From: Spirochaetota bacterium
Lineage (GTDB): Bacteria; Spirochaetota; UBA4802; UBA5550
Length of the DNA: 16,242 nucleotides
NCBI GenBank assembly: GCA_050298055.1
Contig: JBNKTL010000041.1
Location: forward strand, 23,832-40,073
Reading direction: 5' to 3'
Below are positions 9,204-16,242 of this stretch, one piece after another. Each line of letters starts with the position of its first letter. Position 1 is the first letter of the stretch. Under the pieces are notes generated by a model. That model worked only from the letters and a program-made list of their open reading frames with translations. It searched no databases and had not been told where the DNA came from. A program made the position numbers and the translations under genes.

Positions 9204-9686
9204 TTATGTATTCCTCACAGCTTCAAGGTACTTGAGATCATCCAGGTCTTTGTACCTGCCCGATGCTTTTTTGTTTTTTATAAGCATCTCCAGGTTGATG
9301 TAGTAGACCGTGTATTTCTGGTTTTCAAGTGTCAGTTCTTCATCTATACGGGTTCCCCAGGCTTGTGAGAAAGAAACGCCGTCAATTTCATTGATAAGAT
9401 CAATCCTGTTGGGAGGCTGTCCGAACTGGATGATAGTTCCGGGACCGCTTAATGCGTCACTGGAGCTTATTCCCGGAATAGTGCCTTCCCAGAATTCAAG
9501 CAGGGCGTTAAAAAGGTTTTTTATATTCTCATTTTCCCGGTCATAAAAAAAATCAATATCGCCGGTGAGTCGCGCATACCCGTGGTATATGACAGCTTCA
9601 CCTCCTACAATGAGGTATTTGACATTATGCTGGAAAAGCCTGATGATAAAATCGCTAATATCTTTTGAGAAGTTAATGTCTGTCAT
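9204..9686 (-). CDS. Nucleotidyltransferase (DUF6036-like)
   Basis: YLIVGGEAV.YHG..R.TGDID, PPNRIDL, K.ASGR.KD.DDL. Confidence 0.85.
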   Translation of the reverse strand: MTDINFSKDISDFIIRLFQHNVKYLIVGGEAVIYHGYARLTGDIDFFYDRENENIKNLFNALLEFWEGTIPGISSSDALSGPGTIIQFGQPPNRIDLINEIDGVSFSQAWGTRIDEELTLENQKYTVYYINLEMLIKNKKASGRYKDLDDLKYLEAVRNT

Positions 9687-9853
9687 GGTTTTAAAACACT
9701 ATCACGCACATCGGGAGGGTTTTTGCCGTAATACTTTTCTTTTAATGCCCTGGCAACGCTCTGACGCTCCCGGGGAGTCATTGAGATTTGCTGCTCAATG
9801 TCCCAGTCTTCCGCGTCTTTAAAGTTTTTTGAGATATGTACGGTTCGTTCCAT
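9683..9853 (-). CDS. Small 56-aa protein coupled to the nucleotidyltransferase
   Basis: MERTVHISKNFKDAEDWDIEQQISMTPRERQSVARALKEKYYGKNPPDVRDSVLKP*. ATGA overlap with the next gene; TTGACA upstream at 9886-9891 (minus strand). Not in the ORF track. Confidence 0.75.
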   Translation of the reverse strand: MERTVHISKNFKDAEDWDIEQQISMTPRERQSVARALKEKYYGKNPPDVRDSVLKP

Positions 9854-9944
9854 GTTGATAACATTTGAGTGTTTATTTTTTATCGTGTCAATTACTAAAT
9901 GTAATTTTATTGGTCTTCCGTCTGGGGACCCGGACTTGAAGAGT

Positions 9945-10184
9945 GCAAAGGGGTGTCAGCGCGGACACCCTTGCGACCCCCGCGCGCCGGCCCAGTCGCC
10001 GCCGGGGGCTTTTTTGACTTTCAGTGTGATTGAACTTTCTCTAATCGGCGGTGACGACATCCATGTCTGCACCGCCTTATGCGCTTGCCTTCCTGGATCG
10101 CTTCTTACTTTTAATAGAAAAATGTTATAAAGAAAATGGACTGTAGTGAAAACGCCAGGCGCCTGACCAATTGGTGTGTTTCAC
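9945..10184. repeat. Cluster of GC-rich hairpins (REP-like)
   Basis: GCAA(AG)GGGTGTC/GACACCCTTGC at 9945-9974; GGCGGTG..GACAT-CC-ATGTC..CACCGCC at 10047-10076; GTGAAAACGCCA/TGGTGTGTTTCAC at 10146-10184. Confidence 0.55.
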
Positions 10185-10411
10185 GGGAGAGATAGGGAGA
10201 GTGAATTTATCTTGACAGCCGGTGGTGAGAGTGGGATGAGGAGTAGTGATGTGGTGTTGCTGAATAAAATCAAGTAAATGGTGGCGGGTTGCGTTTGAGG
10301 GGTTGGTTTATTGAGGGTGTTTTGTGAGGATGTGATGATTCGTATAATAAATGTGTTAAGTAAAAATTGCGATTTAATAATCCGTTAATTAACAAAAGGT
10401 TAATACAATTT

Positions 10412-12106
10412 ATGAATGAATTAAATATTCGATCAGAAATTATTAAAGATACTATAAATAAATTTGCCAACTCATTACGAGCTGAAAATATTGAAGAAAG
10501 GAACCATCTTGAATTATATGCTGTTCAAGAGACAGTTGAAAAAGTTAACAATATAAATAATCAAGTAATATATGGAAGAAGAGGGACAGGTAAAACGCAC
10601 TTAATATTAGCTTTAAGAGATAAATTAACTGAATCATTCTTCAAAGATAGAATTCTTCCAACTTATATTGATTTAAGAAGAATTAAACCTTTAATACAAC
10701 ATAGTAAAGATGATGCAATATTATATTCAATTGTTGCTTTCAAATTAATCATACAAGAAATCTTTAAAAATGTTCTTAATGATCTTATTTTTATTAATGG
10801 AATTGAAAATTATATAGACTATTCAATTTATGAATCAATAAAGAAACCTGAAATTTCTAGAATATTAGAAGATTTAAATCTTAATTTTAATGGTAAAAAT
10901 ATTGAAAAGATTGGACTTATCGATTTTTCTTCAGAGGAAATTAAAAATTTAAAAAATAGTATTTCTTTATCGAGAGACCCTAATTTAAATATCGAAAGTA
11001 ATACTAATGAAAAAGTGGAACATAAATCACAAAAAGTTAAAGTTATCACTTTTAACAATATTATTGATAACTTGGAGTACCTTCTAAAAAATCTAAACAT
11101 TAAAATATTATGCTTACTTGATGAATGGGCAGAGATTCCAATAATTACACAACCCTTTCTTGCAGAATTATTAAAAAGGGTATTTATCCCAAGTAAATTT
11201 ATATTTAAAATTGCTGCAATACCATTCCGGACAAGATTACTAATTAAACACGAAAATGAAAATTTTGGACTTGAAGAAGGTGGTGATATATTTGCATACC
11301 ACTTAGATAATAAATATGTATTTGAACTTAACAAACAAGAAACTAGAGATTTCTATAATGAGTTGTTATATCGTCATTTGAATTTAATTAATCCGAATAT
11401 AATTGAAAACCCTGATAAAGAAGAAATTGAGAAACTTAAACAGAATTATATAAATCAATTTTTTGCAAACCAAGCTCTTTCAGAAATTTTAATAGCATCA
11501 GGAGGAATTCCAAGAGACTTCTGCTTTTTAATGATAAGTTCATATGAAAAATTTATTTTAAATCGAACAACTTCTTACAAAAGAATATTTTTAAGAAATG
11601 TTCGAGAGGCTACTACTGAATGGTATAGTTCAGATAAAAGAGAACATATTGACGAAAATCCGAATTTGAAGTTATTATTATCAATGCTTGTTGAAGAAAT
11701 AATAATTAACAAGAAAAAAACACAATTTCTATTACCTCAAAAATATGAAAACAATAAATATATTCAAGAGTTAATTGATTTACGAGCACTTCATCTTAGG
11801 AAAAGAGGATATTCTCATCAAGATATACAAGGTGTTGTATTTAATGTTTATTCTGTTGATTATGGATGCTATACAAGTATAAATATACAAAAAAAAGATT
11901 TAGAGACTCAAATTTTAGATTTTATTAATACTGCTGAAGATTTAAGAGAAATTAGGCGTGTTGCCCTGCAAGATGATTTTTTCCAAAAATTTCTAATGAG
12001 TGCTGGTGAAGGTATCAAATGTTCAAAATGTGGGAAAATCATTGATACAAACCATTTAGCATATACTAAACAAAGTCTTTGTAATCATTGTTATGAAAAA
12101 ATATAA
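10412..12106 (+). CDS. P-loop ATPase (ORC-CDC6/STAND-like) with C-terminal Zn ribbon
   Basis: Walker A IYGRRGTGKT, Walker B CLLDEW, SGGIPRDF (GxP-type), C-terminal CSKC...CNHC. Very AT-rich. ATG 10412 has AAAGG upstream (ORF track start 10367). Confidence 0.8.
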   Translation: MNELNIRSEIIKDTINKFANSLRAENIEERNHLELYAVQETVEKVNNINNQVIYGRRGTGKTHLILALRDKLTESFFKDRILPTYIDLRRIKPLIQHSKDDAILYSIVAFKLIIQEIFKNVLNDLIFINGIENYIDYSIYESIKKPEISRILEDLNLNFNGKNIEKIGLIDFSSEEIKNLKNSISLSRDPNLNIESNTNEKVEHKSQKVKVITFNNIIDNLEYLLKNLNIKILCLLDEWAEIPIITQPFLAELLKRVFIPSKFIFKIAAIPFRTRLLIKHENENFGLEEGGDIFAYHLDNKYVFELNKQETRDFYNELLYRHLNLINPNIIENPDKEEIEKLKQNYINQFFANQALSEILIASGGIPRDFCFLMISSYEKFILNRTTSYKRIFLRNVREATTEWYSSDKREHIDENPNLKLLLSMLVEEIIINKKKTQFLLPQKYENNKYIQELIDLRALHLRKRGYSHQDIQGVVFNVYSVDYGCYTSINIQKKDLETQILDFINTAEDLREIRRVALQDDFFQKFLMSAGEGIKCSKCGKIIDTNHLAYTKQSLCNHCYEKI

Positions 12107-12268
12107 TACAAACAATTGTCTTCTTCGCATAACCTTCGTAATGTGCAACGCTCACTATCCCTAGGCAAAATCACCCGAAATCAAGAACCTCTTCGTTGAT
12201 GCTAAACGGTAAAAGTTCTCTCATCTCTTCATCAGATGAAGTCCCTGGTAGTCTGGTAAAGAAAAAAA

Positions 12269-12607
12269 TTATCCCCGGAAAATGAAAAAAACGGCTCCCA
12301 GAAGACAAATCCCGGCCCACAGGTAATTGAGGCTCAGAGGCTCTTTCATATACAGGTAGACAAAAGGGACAAACACGGAGAGCGCGATAACTTCCTGGAG
12401 GATCTTCAGCTGCCCGATGGTGAGGGCCGTGTACCCGATCCTGTTGGCCGGGACCTGGACCAGGTATTCAAAAAGGGCGATGCCCCAGCTTGCCAGAGCG
12501 GCAATATACCACTTCCTGTCTGAATAATTTTTCAAATGTGAATACCAGGCAAAGGTCATAAAGATGTTGGATAGAGACAGGAGAATAATAGTTTTCAGAA
12601 CTGGCAT
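12269..12607 (-). CDS. DMT family protein (DMT_6/DUF486)
   Basis: SNIFMTFAWY.HLK, SWGIALFEY..QVPANRIG, QLKILQEVI. Confidence 0.93.
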   Translation of the reverse strand: MPVLKTIILLSLSNIFMTFAWYSHLKNYSDRKWYIAALASWGIALFEYLVQVPANRIGYTALTIGQLKILQEVIALSVFVPFVYLYMKEPLSLNYLWAGICLLGAVFFIFRG

Positions 12608-12941
12608 AGAATGACTCTCAGGTGCTGTATTTAATCAGTTACGAGAAACGGAAGAACCCGGAGACCAAAATTTGTCAATAATATTAAAAAGATGAGAGAA
12701 TATTTTTAAAATATTAAGTGCACTTCATGAGCTTCCTGTAAAACCTCTTTTATATAATAACCCCCTCAGGGGGTGGCTCATGAAAGTATTACAAAGTGAA
12801 AAGTTCCCTGGGCCGGGGGCCTTAAGAGCCGCGGGTGCTTATGAGTTATCTTCAACAATAACAAAATAAAGTCTTTGACAAGAAAACCACTATACCGAAT
12901 TTATAATATCAATAACATTGATTGCAAAACAATATGAGAAA

Positions 12942-12988
12942 CAACAAGTAACCCGAAATATAAAACTCGAAACTTGAAACTTGAAACT
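12942..12988 (+). repeat. Degenerate heptamer tandem repeat (AAACTTG)
   Basis: CAACAAG TAACCCG AAATATA AAACTCG AAACTTG AAACTTG AAACT. Confidence 0.6.
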
Positions 12989-13011
12989 ATTACTTAAAGA
13001 AGGTTGTTAAC

Positions 13012-13605
13012 ATGAAAAGACAAGCCGATTTTACACGAAAGACAAAAGAAACCGACATCTCTGTGGATATCGAGCTCTTCAGCAAAAGAGAATCGAAGAT
13101 CGAGAGCGGGGTCCCCTTCTTTGACCACATGCTCTCCTCCCTTTCGAGACACGGAAGGTTCTCTCTCAGGCTTAAGTGCAGCGGTGATACCCATGTTGAC
13201 GACCACCACACCGTTGAGGATGTGGGTATCTGCCTGGGCGGCGCCTTCAACAAAGTGCTGGGAAAGAAAGAGGGCATCAGGAGGTTTGGTGATGCCACAA
13301 TCCCCATGGACGATGCCCTGGCCCTTGCGGCTGTTGATATATCGGGCAGGCCCTGTTTCCGGTACCAGGGGGCGGAGCTCTCCGGGACTATTAAAAAGTA
13401 CAGCGAGGAGCTGACATTGGAGTTCCTGAAGTCATTTTCCACCCACGCGGGGATTAATCTCCACGTGAGGCTTCTCCACGGGGAGAACAGGCACCATATT
13501 CATGAATCCATCTTCAAGGCCCTGGGGATCGCCTTGAGCAAGGCGTGTGAAATTGACCCCTTTCTTGAAGGGGAACCGCTCACAACCAAGGGGACCCTTT
13601 CATGA
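13012..13605 (+). CDS. hisB: Imidazoleglycerol-phosphate dehydratase
   Basis: RKTKET, FFDHML, DDHHTVED, PMDD, N.HHI.E.IFK, TKG.L. Confidence 0.98.
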   Translation: MKRQADFTRKTKETDISVDIELFSKRESKIESGVPFFDHMLSSLSRHGRFSLRLKCSGDTHVDDHHTVEDVGICLGGAFNKVLGKKEGIRRFGDATIPMDDALALAAVDISGRPCFRYQGAELSGTIKKYSEELTLEFLKSFSTHAGINLHVRLLHGENRHHIHESIFKALGIALSKACEIDPFLEGEPLTTKGTLS

Positions 13606-14210
13606 TCACCGTTATCGATTACGGGATGGGGAACCTCAGGTCCGTTGTGAAAGCTGTGGAGAAGTATACGGACCGGGTCCGGGTCTCCGGTGACCCGGCT
13701 TCAATTGAGAGTTCCCGGGCCCTGATCATGCCCGGCGACGGGGCCTTTGCCATGGCAATGAAGAACCTTGAGGAAGCGGGATGGATCGGGCCCCTCCTTG
13801 AGTTCATAAAGAACGACGGCTACTTTTTCGGCATCTGCCTGGGGTTCCAGCTTCTCTTTTCCTCCAGTGAGGAGTTCGGAGGATGCCGGGGCCTGGATAT
13901 TGTTCCGGGCAACGTAGTGCGGTTCACGGGGGAGGGGCTGAAGGTCCCCCATATGGGCTGGAACCAGGTTCTTCTCAGGAGAGAATCGAAGTTTCTGGAG
14001 GGGGTCCCGGACAGGTCATATTTTTATTTCATTCACTCCTATCATCCCGTCAGGGAAGCAGGGGAGTGGGTCATCGGTGAAGCGGAATACGGCACACTCT
14101 TCCCCTGTATCGTGGGAAGGAATAATCTCATTGCCACCCAGTTTCACCCTGAGAAGAGCCATAACTGCGGGCTGAAAATAATTGAAAATTTCGTGAGGTC
14201 AGTATGCTGA
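13602..14210 (+). CDS. hisH: Imidazole glycerol phosphate synthase glutaminase subunit
   Basis: IDYGMGNL, GICLG.Q, VPHMGWN, QFHPEKS. Confidence 0.98.
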   Translation: MITVIDYGMGNLRSVVKAVEKYTDRVRVSGDPASIESSRALIMPGDGAFAMAMKNLEEAGWIGPLLEFIKNDGYFFGICLGFQLLFSSSEEFGGCRGLDIVPGNVVRFTGEGLKVPHMGWNQVLLRRESKFLEGVPDRSYFYFIHSYHPVREAGEWVIGEAEYGTLFPCIVGRNNLIATQFHPEKSHNCGLKIIENFVRSVC

Positions 14211-14923
14211 TAATTCCGGCAATTGATATTAAAGGAGGAAACTGTGTGCGGCTCCTTCAGGGAGACCCGGATAAAGAGACGGTCTACTCCGACGATCCCG
14301 TAAAGATGGGGCTTCGGTTCCAGGAAATGGGAGCGGAACTCATTCACGTGGTTGATCTCGACGGCGCCTTTTCCGGAAAGACGGTTAACAGTGAGCTCGT
14401 TATACGCATATCCGCTTCCCTGGATATCCCCATAGAAATTGGCGGGGGGATCAGGAGTGCGGAGGCGGCAAAAAACTATATTGACCGGGGAATTAAAAGG
14501 ATTATACTTGGTACGGTTGTGTTGGAAGATGAATTTCAGGACCTTGTAAAGAAGTTTCCCGGGAACATTGTTGCCGGCATTGACGCGAGAGATTCCCTGG
14601 TGGCCACACATGGCTGGAAGAACGTCTCAAAGGTTCGTGCGGTGGATTTTATCAAAGAGCTCATGGACAAAAATATTACCGAGATAATATACACCGATAT
14701 TTCAACAGACGGTATGCTTGAAGGCCCGAATCTGAAGGCAATTGAAGAGATACTCTCGAAATGTCCGGGAATAAGCCTCATCGCGTCGGGAGGAGTCTCT
14801 TCCCTTGATGATATCAGGGAACTCTCCGGGTTCAGCTCCTCCGGCCTTAAAGGATGTATTGTCGGCAAGGCAATATATGACGGCAGGGTAGACCTTAAAG
14901 AAGCAATCGGTGCCGTTGAGTGA
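14204..14923 (+). CDS. hisA: ProFAR isomerase
   Basis: IIPAIDI..G.CVRL.QG, HVVDLDGA, GGGIR, TDI..DG.L.G, ASGGV. Confidence 0.98.
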   Translation: MLIIPAIDIKGGNCVRLLQGDPDKETVYSDDPVKMGLRFQEMGAELIHVVDLDGAFSGKTVNSELVIRISASLDIPIEIGGGIRSAEAAKNYIDRGIKRIILGTVVLEDEFQDLVKKFPGNIVAGIDARDSLVATHGWKNVSKVRAVDFIKELMDKNITEIIYTDISTDGMLEGPNLKAIEEILSKCPGISLIASGGVSSLDDIRELSGFSSSGLKGCIVGKAIYDGRVDLKEAIGAVE

Positions 14924-15003
14924 ATTAACAGCTGTTTTGTTCAGCATAACAGGGATTATAACCGGATAAAACCGGATAAAACTCTATAATTCTGTAAAAG
15001 CTC

Positions 15004-15032
15004 TTGTCTAATAAATGAAACTTTAGTATATT
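15004..15032 (+). promoter_or_regulatory. Sigma70-like promoter for the diguanylate cyclase
   Basis: TTGTCT-17 nt-TATATT. Confidence 0.45.
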
Positions 15033-15125
15033 TATTTAAGTTTTATTCTGAGATCCTGACTGACTGTCATAAGCCTTTTAAGTCCCGGTTTATCCGGGTG
15101 AGGAATGACTTGAGGGGAGAAACCT

Positions 15126-16184
15126 GTGGGGAAGAAGAGTATACCGGACAACGACATTAAATGGCCCCTGGAGATTGAGCAGTATGAACGGAAGATCTAT
15201 GACCTGAAACAGATCATAGAGATCAGCAAGGGCCTGAGTTCCACCCTGGACTACAATACGCTTATCGAATCTATCCTGCTCACCTGCATGGGGCAGATGC
15301 AGCTTCTCATGGCCGCCATGTTCCTGAGAAAAGGGATAGGATACGACAACTTCACCCTTCACCGGAACTACAAAGGCTTTGACATAGACCATGGCTTTGA
15401 ATATGAACTGCTCTCGGTTTCCAAAACAGTGAAATATGTTGAGAGCGAATTCAAATGCATCACCATGGAAGACCTTGAGAAGCATGGCTGCGATGACCAG
15501 TCCTACGGCATCCTCAAGCACCTCAATCCTGGTCTTATTGTCCCCCTCTTCAGTAAAGGAGAGCTAAACGGGATCATGGTGCTGGGAAACAGGATAAACC
15601 GGTCCGACTTTGCCGAATCGGAGAAGGAGTATATCCTTCATGTTGCTTCCCTGGCGGGTATAGCCATTCACAACGCGCGGCTCTACGAAATGGCCACAAC
15701 GGATATGATGACAAAGCTGAAGATCCATCACTACTTCCACACGATCCTTATCGATGAGTTCAACCGCGCCGTGAAGCAGGACAGGCCTCTTTCGCTTATT
15801 ATGGCGGATATTGACTATTTTAAGAGTTTTAATGATATGTACGGACATATAACAGGGGACAAGGTCCTGGTGTCCATTGCGCAGGTGATCAAAGACAGTA
15901 TCAGGCCCATGGATATAGCTGCCCGTTACGGCGGGGAAGAATTTGCCGTTATCATGCCGAGAACCGAAATAACCGAGGCCCTTATCGCGGCGGAGAGGAT
16001 CAGGGAATCCGTTTCCGGAAGGAAGGTGGACGCCGACGGGAGGGAACTGAGTGTCACCATATCAATCGGGCTGTCCCAGCTGGACCCCCTGTCAGATAAA
16101 CATAAAAATGACTTGATTAACAGGGCCGACCGGGCACTCTATAACTCTAAAAAGTATGGAAGAAACAGGGTTTCATTCCTGTAA
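15126..16184 (+). CDS. GAF-GGDEF diguanylate cyclase (spirochaete DgcA-like)
   Basis: GAF region, then DIDYFK.FND.YGH..GD, RPMD I-site and RYGGEEF active site; GTG start with GAGGGGAG SD. Confidence 0.93.
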   Translation: MGKKSIPDNDIKWPLEIEQYERKIYDLKQIIEISKGLSSTLDYNTLIESILLTCMGQMQLLMAAMFLRKGIGYDNFTLHRNYKGFDIDHGFEYELLSVSKTVKYVESEFKCITMEDLEKHGCDDQSYGILKHLNPGLIVPLFSKGELNGIMVLGNRINRSDFAESEKEYILHVASLAGIAIHNARLYEMATTDMMTKLKIHHYFHTILIDEFNRAVKQDRPLSLIMADIDYFKSFNDMYGHITGDKVLVSIAQVIKDSIRPMDIAARYGGEEFAVIMPRTEITEALIAAERIRESVSGRKVDADGRELSVTISIGLSQLDPLSDKHKNDLINRADRALYNSKKYGRNRVSFL

Positions 16185-16208
16185 ACCCGGTCAAGAGAAG
16201 AGGTTAAG

Positions 16209-16242
16209 ATGATAAGAACATTTAAAGAGAAATTATCATTAA
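16209..16242 (+). CDS. Possible start of the next gene (truncated by the window)
   Basis: GAAGAGG SD then ATG ATA AGA ACA TTT..., open to the window end. Confidence 0.35.
   Translation, partial: MIRTFKEKLSL

Noticed and set aside
9798..10470. ORFs 9798..10130 and 10270..10470, or an integrase remnant
   Set aside because: They translate hairpin or skewed DNA and show no tyrosine-recombinase motifs.
12127..12201. Complete attC after the ATPase
   Set aside because: GCATAAC has no complementary L' arm or GTTRRRY partner; kept only as a possible half site.
12216..12700. 11-bp inverted repeat (TTCTCTCATCT) around the DMT gene
   Set aside because: Short, low complexity and without flanking direct repeats; plausibly chance.
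12875..12907. TTGACA...TATAAT promoter for hisB
   Set aside because: The spacer is 21 bp, too long for a sigma70 promoter.
14924..15125. c-di-GMP riboswitch upstream of the cyclase
   Set aside because: No GEMM-type consensus is visible.
12990..15848. Antisense and alternate ORFs over the his genes and the cyclase
   Set aside because: Shadow ORFs of well-supported genes.

Overview
Bacterial chromosome segment, probably from a spirochaete of Leptospira-like type (inferred from gene order and gene families). Core genes are eno-ftsB-DUF501-Sua5/YrdC-like, a peptidase/PD40/Omp85 outer-membrane protein, a DMT protein, hisB-hisH-hisA and a GAF-GGDEF diguanylate cyclase. Accessory region 1 (1-3150) holds an AT-rich integron-type cassette ending in a near-textbook attC site and three wrecked toxin-antitoxin modules that the ORF track misses (vapB, HEPN-MNT, phd-vapC), several apparently broken by in-frame internal deletions. 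It also holds a 663-bp inverted-repeat-bounded unit carrying one RHH/DUF1564-like gene, and a 135-bp MITE-like insertion with a 16-bp target duplication that copies the eno ribosome-binding site. Accessory region 2 (9150-12250) holds an intact small-protein/nucleotidyltransferase pair, a cluster of GC-rich hairpins, and a very AT-rich stand-alone P-loop ATPase with a C-terminal Zn ribbon. A palindromic repeat element supplies the start codon of the Omp85 gene. All family calls come from motif recognition by eye; no searches were run.
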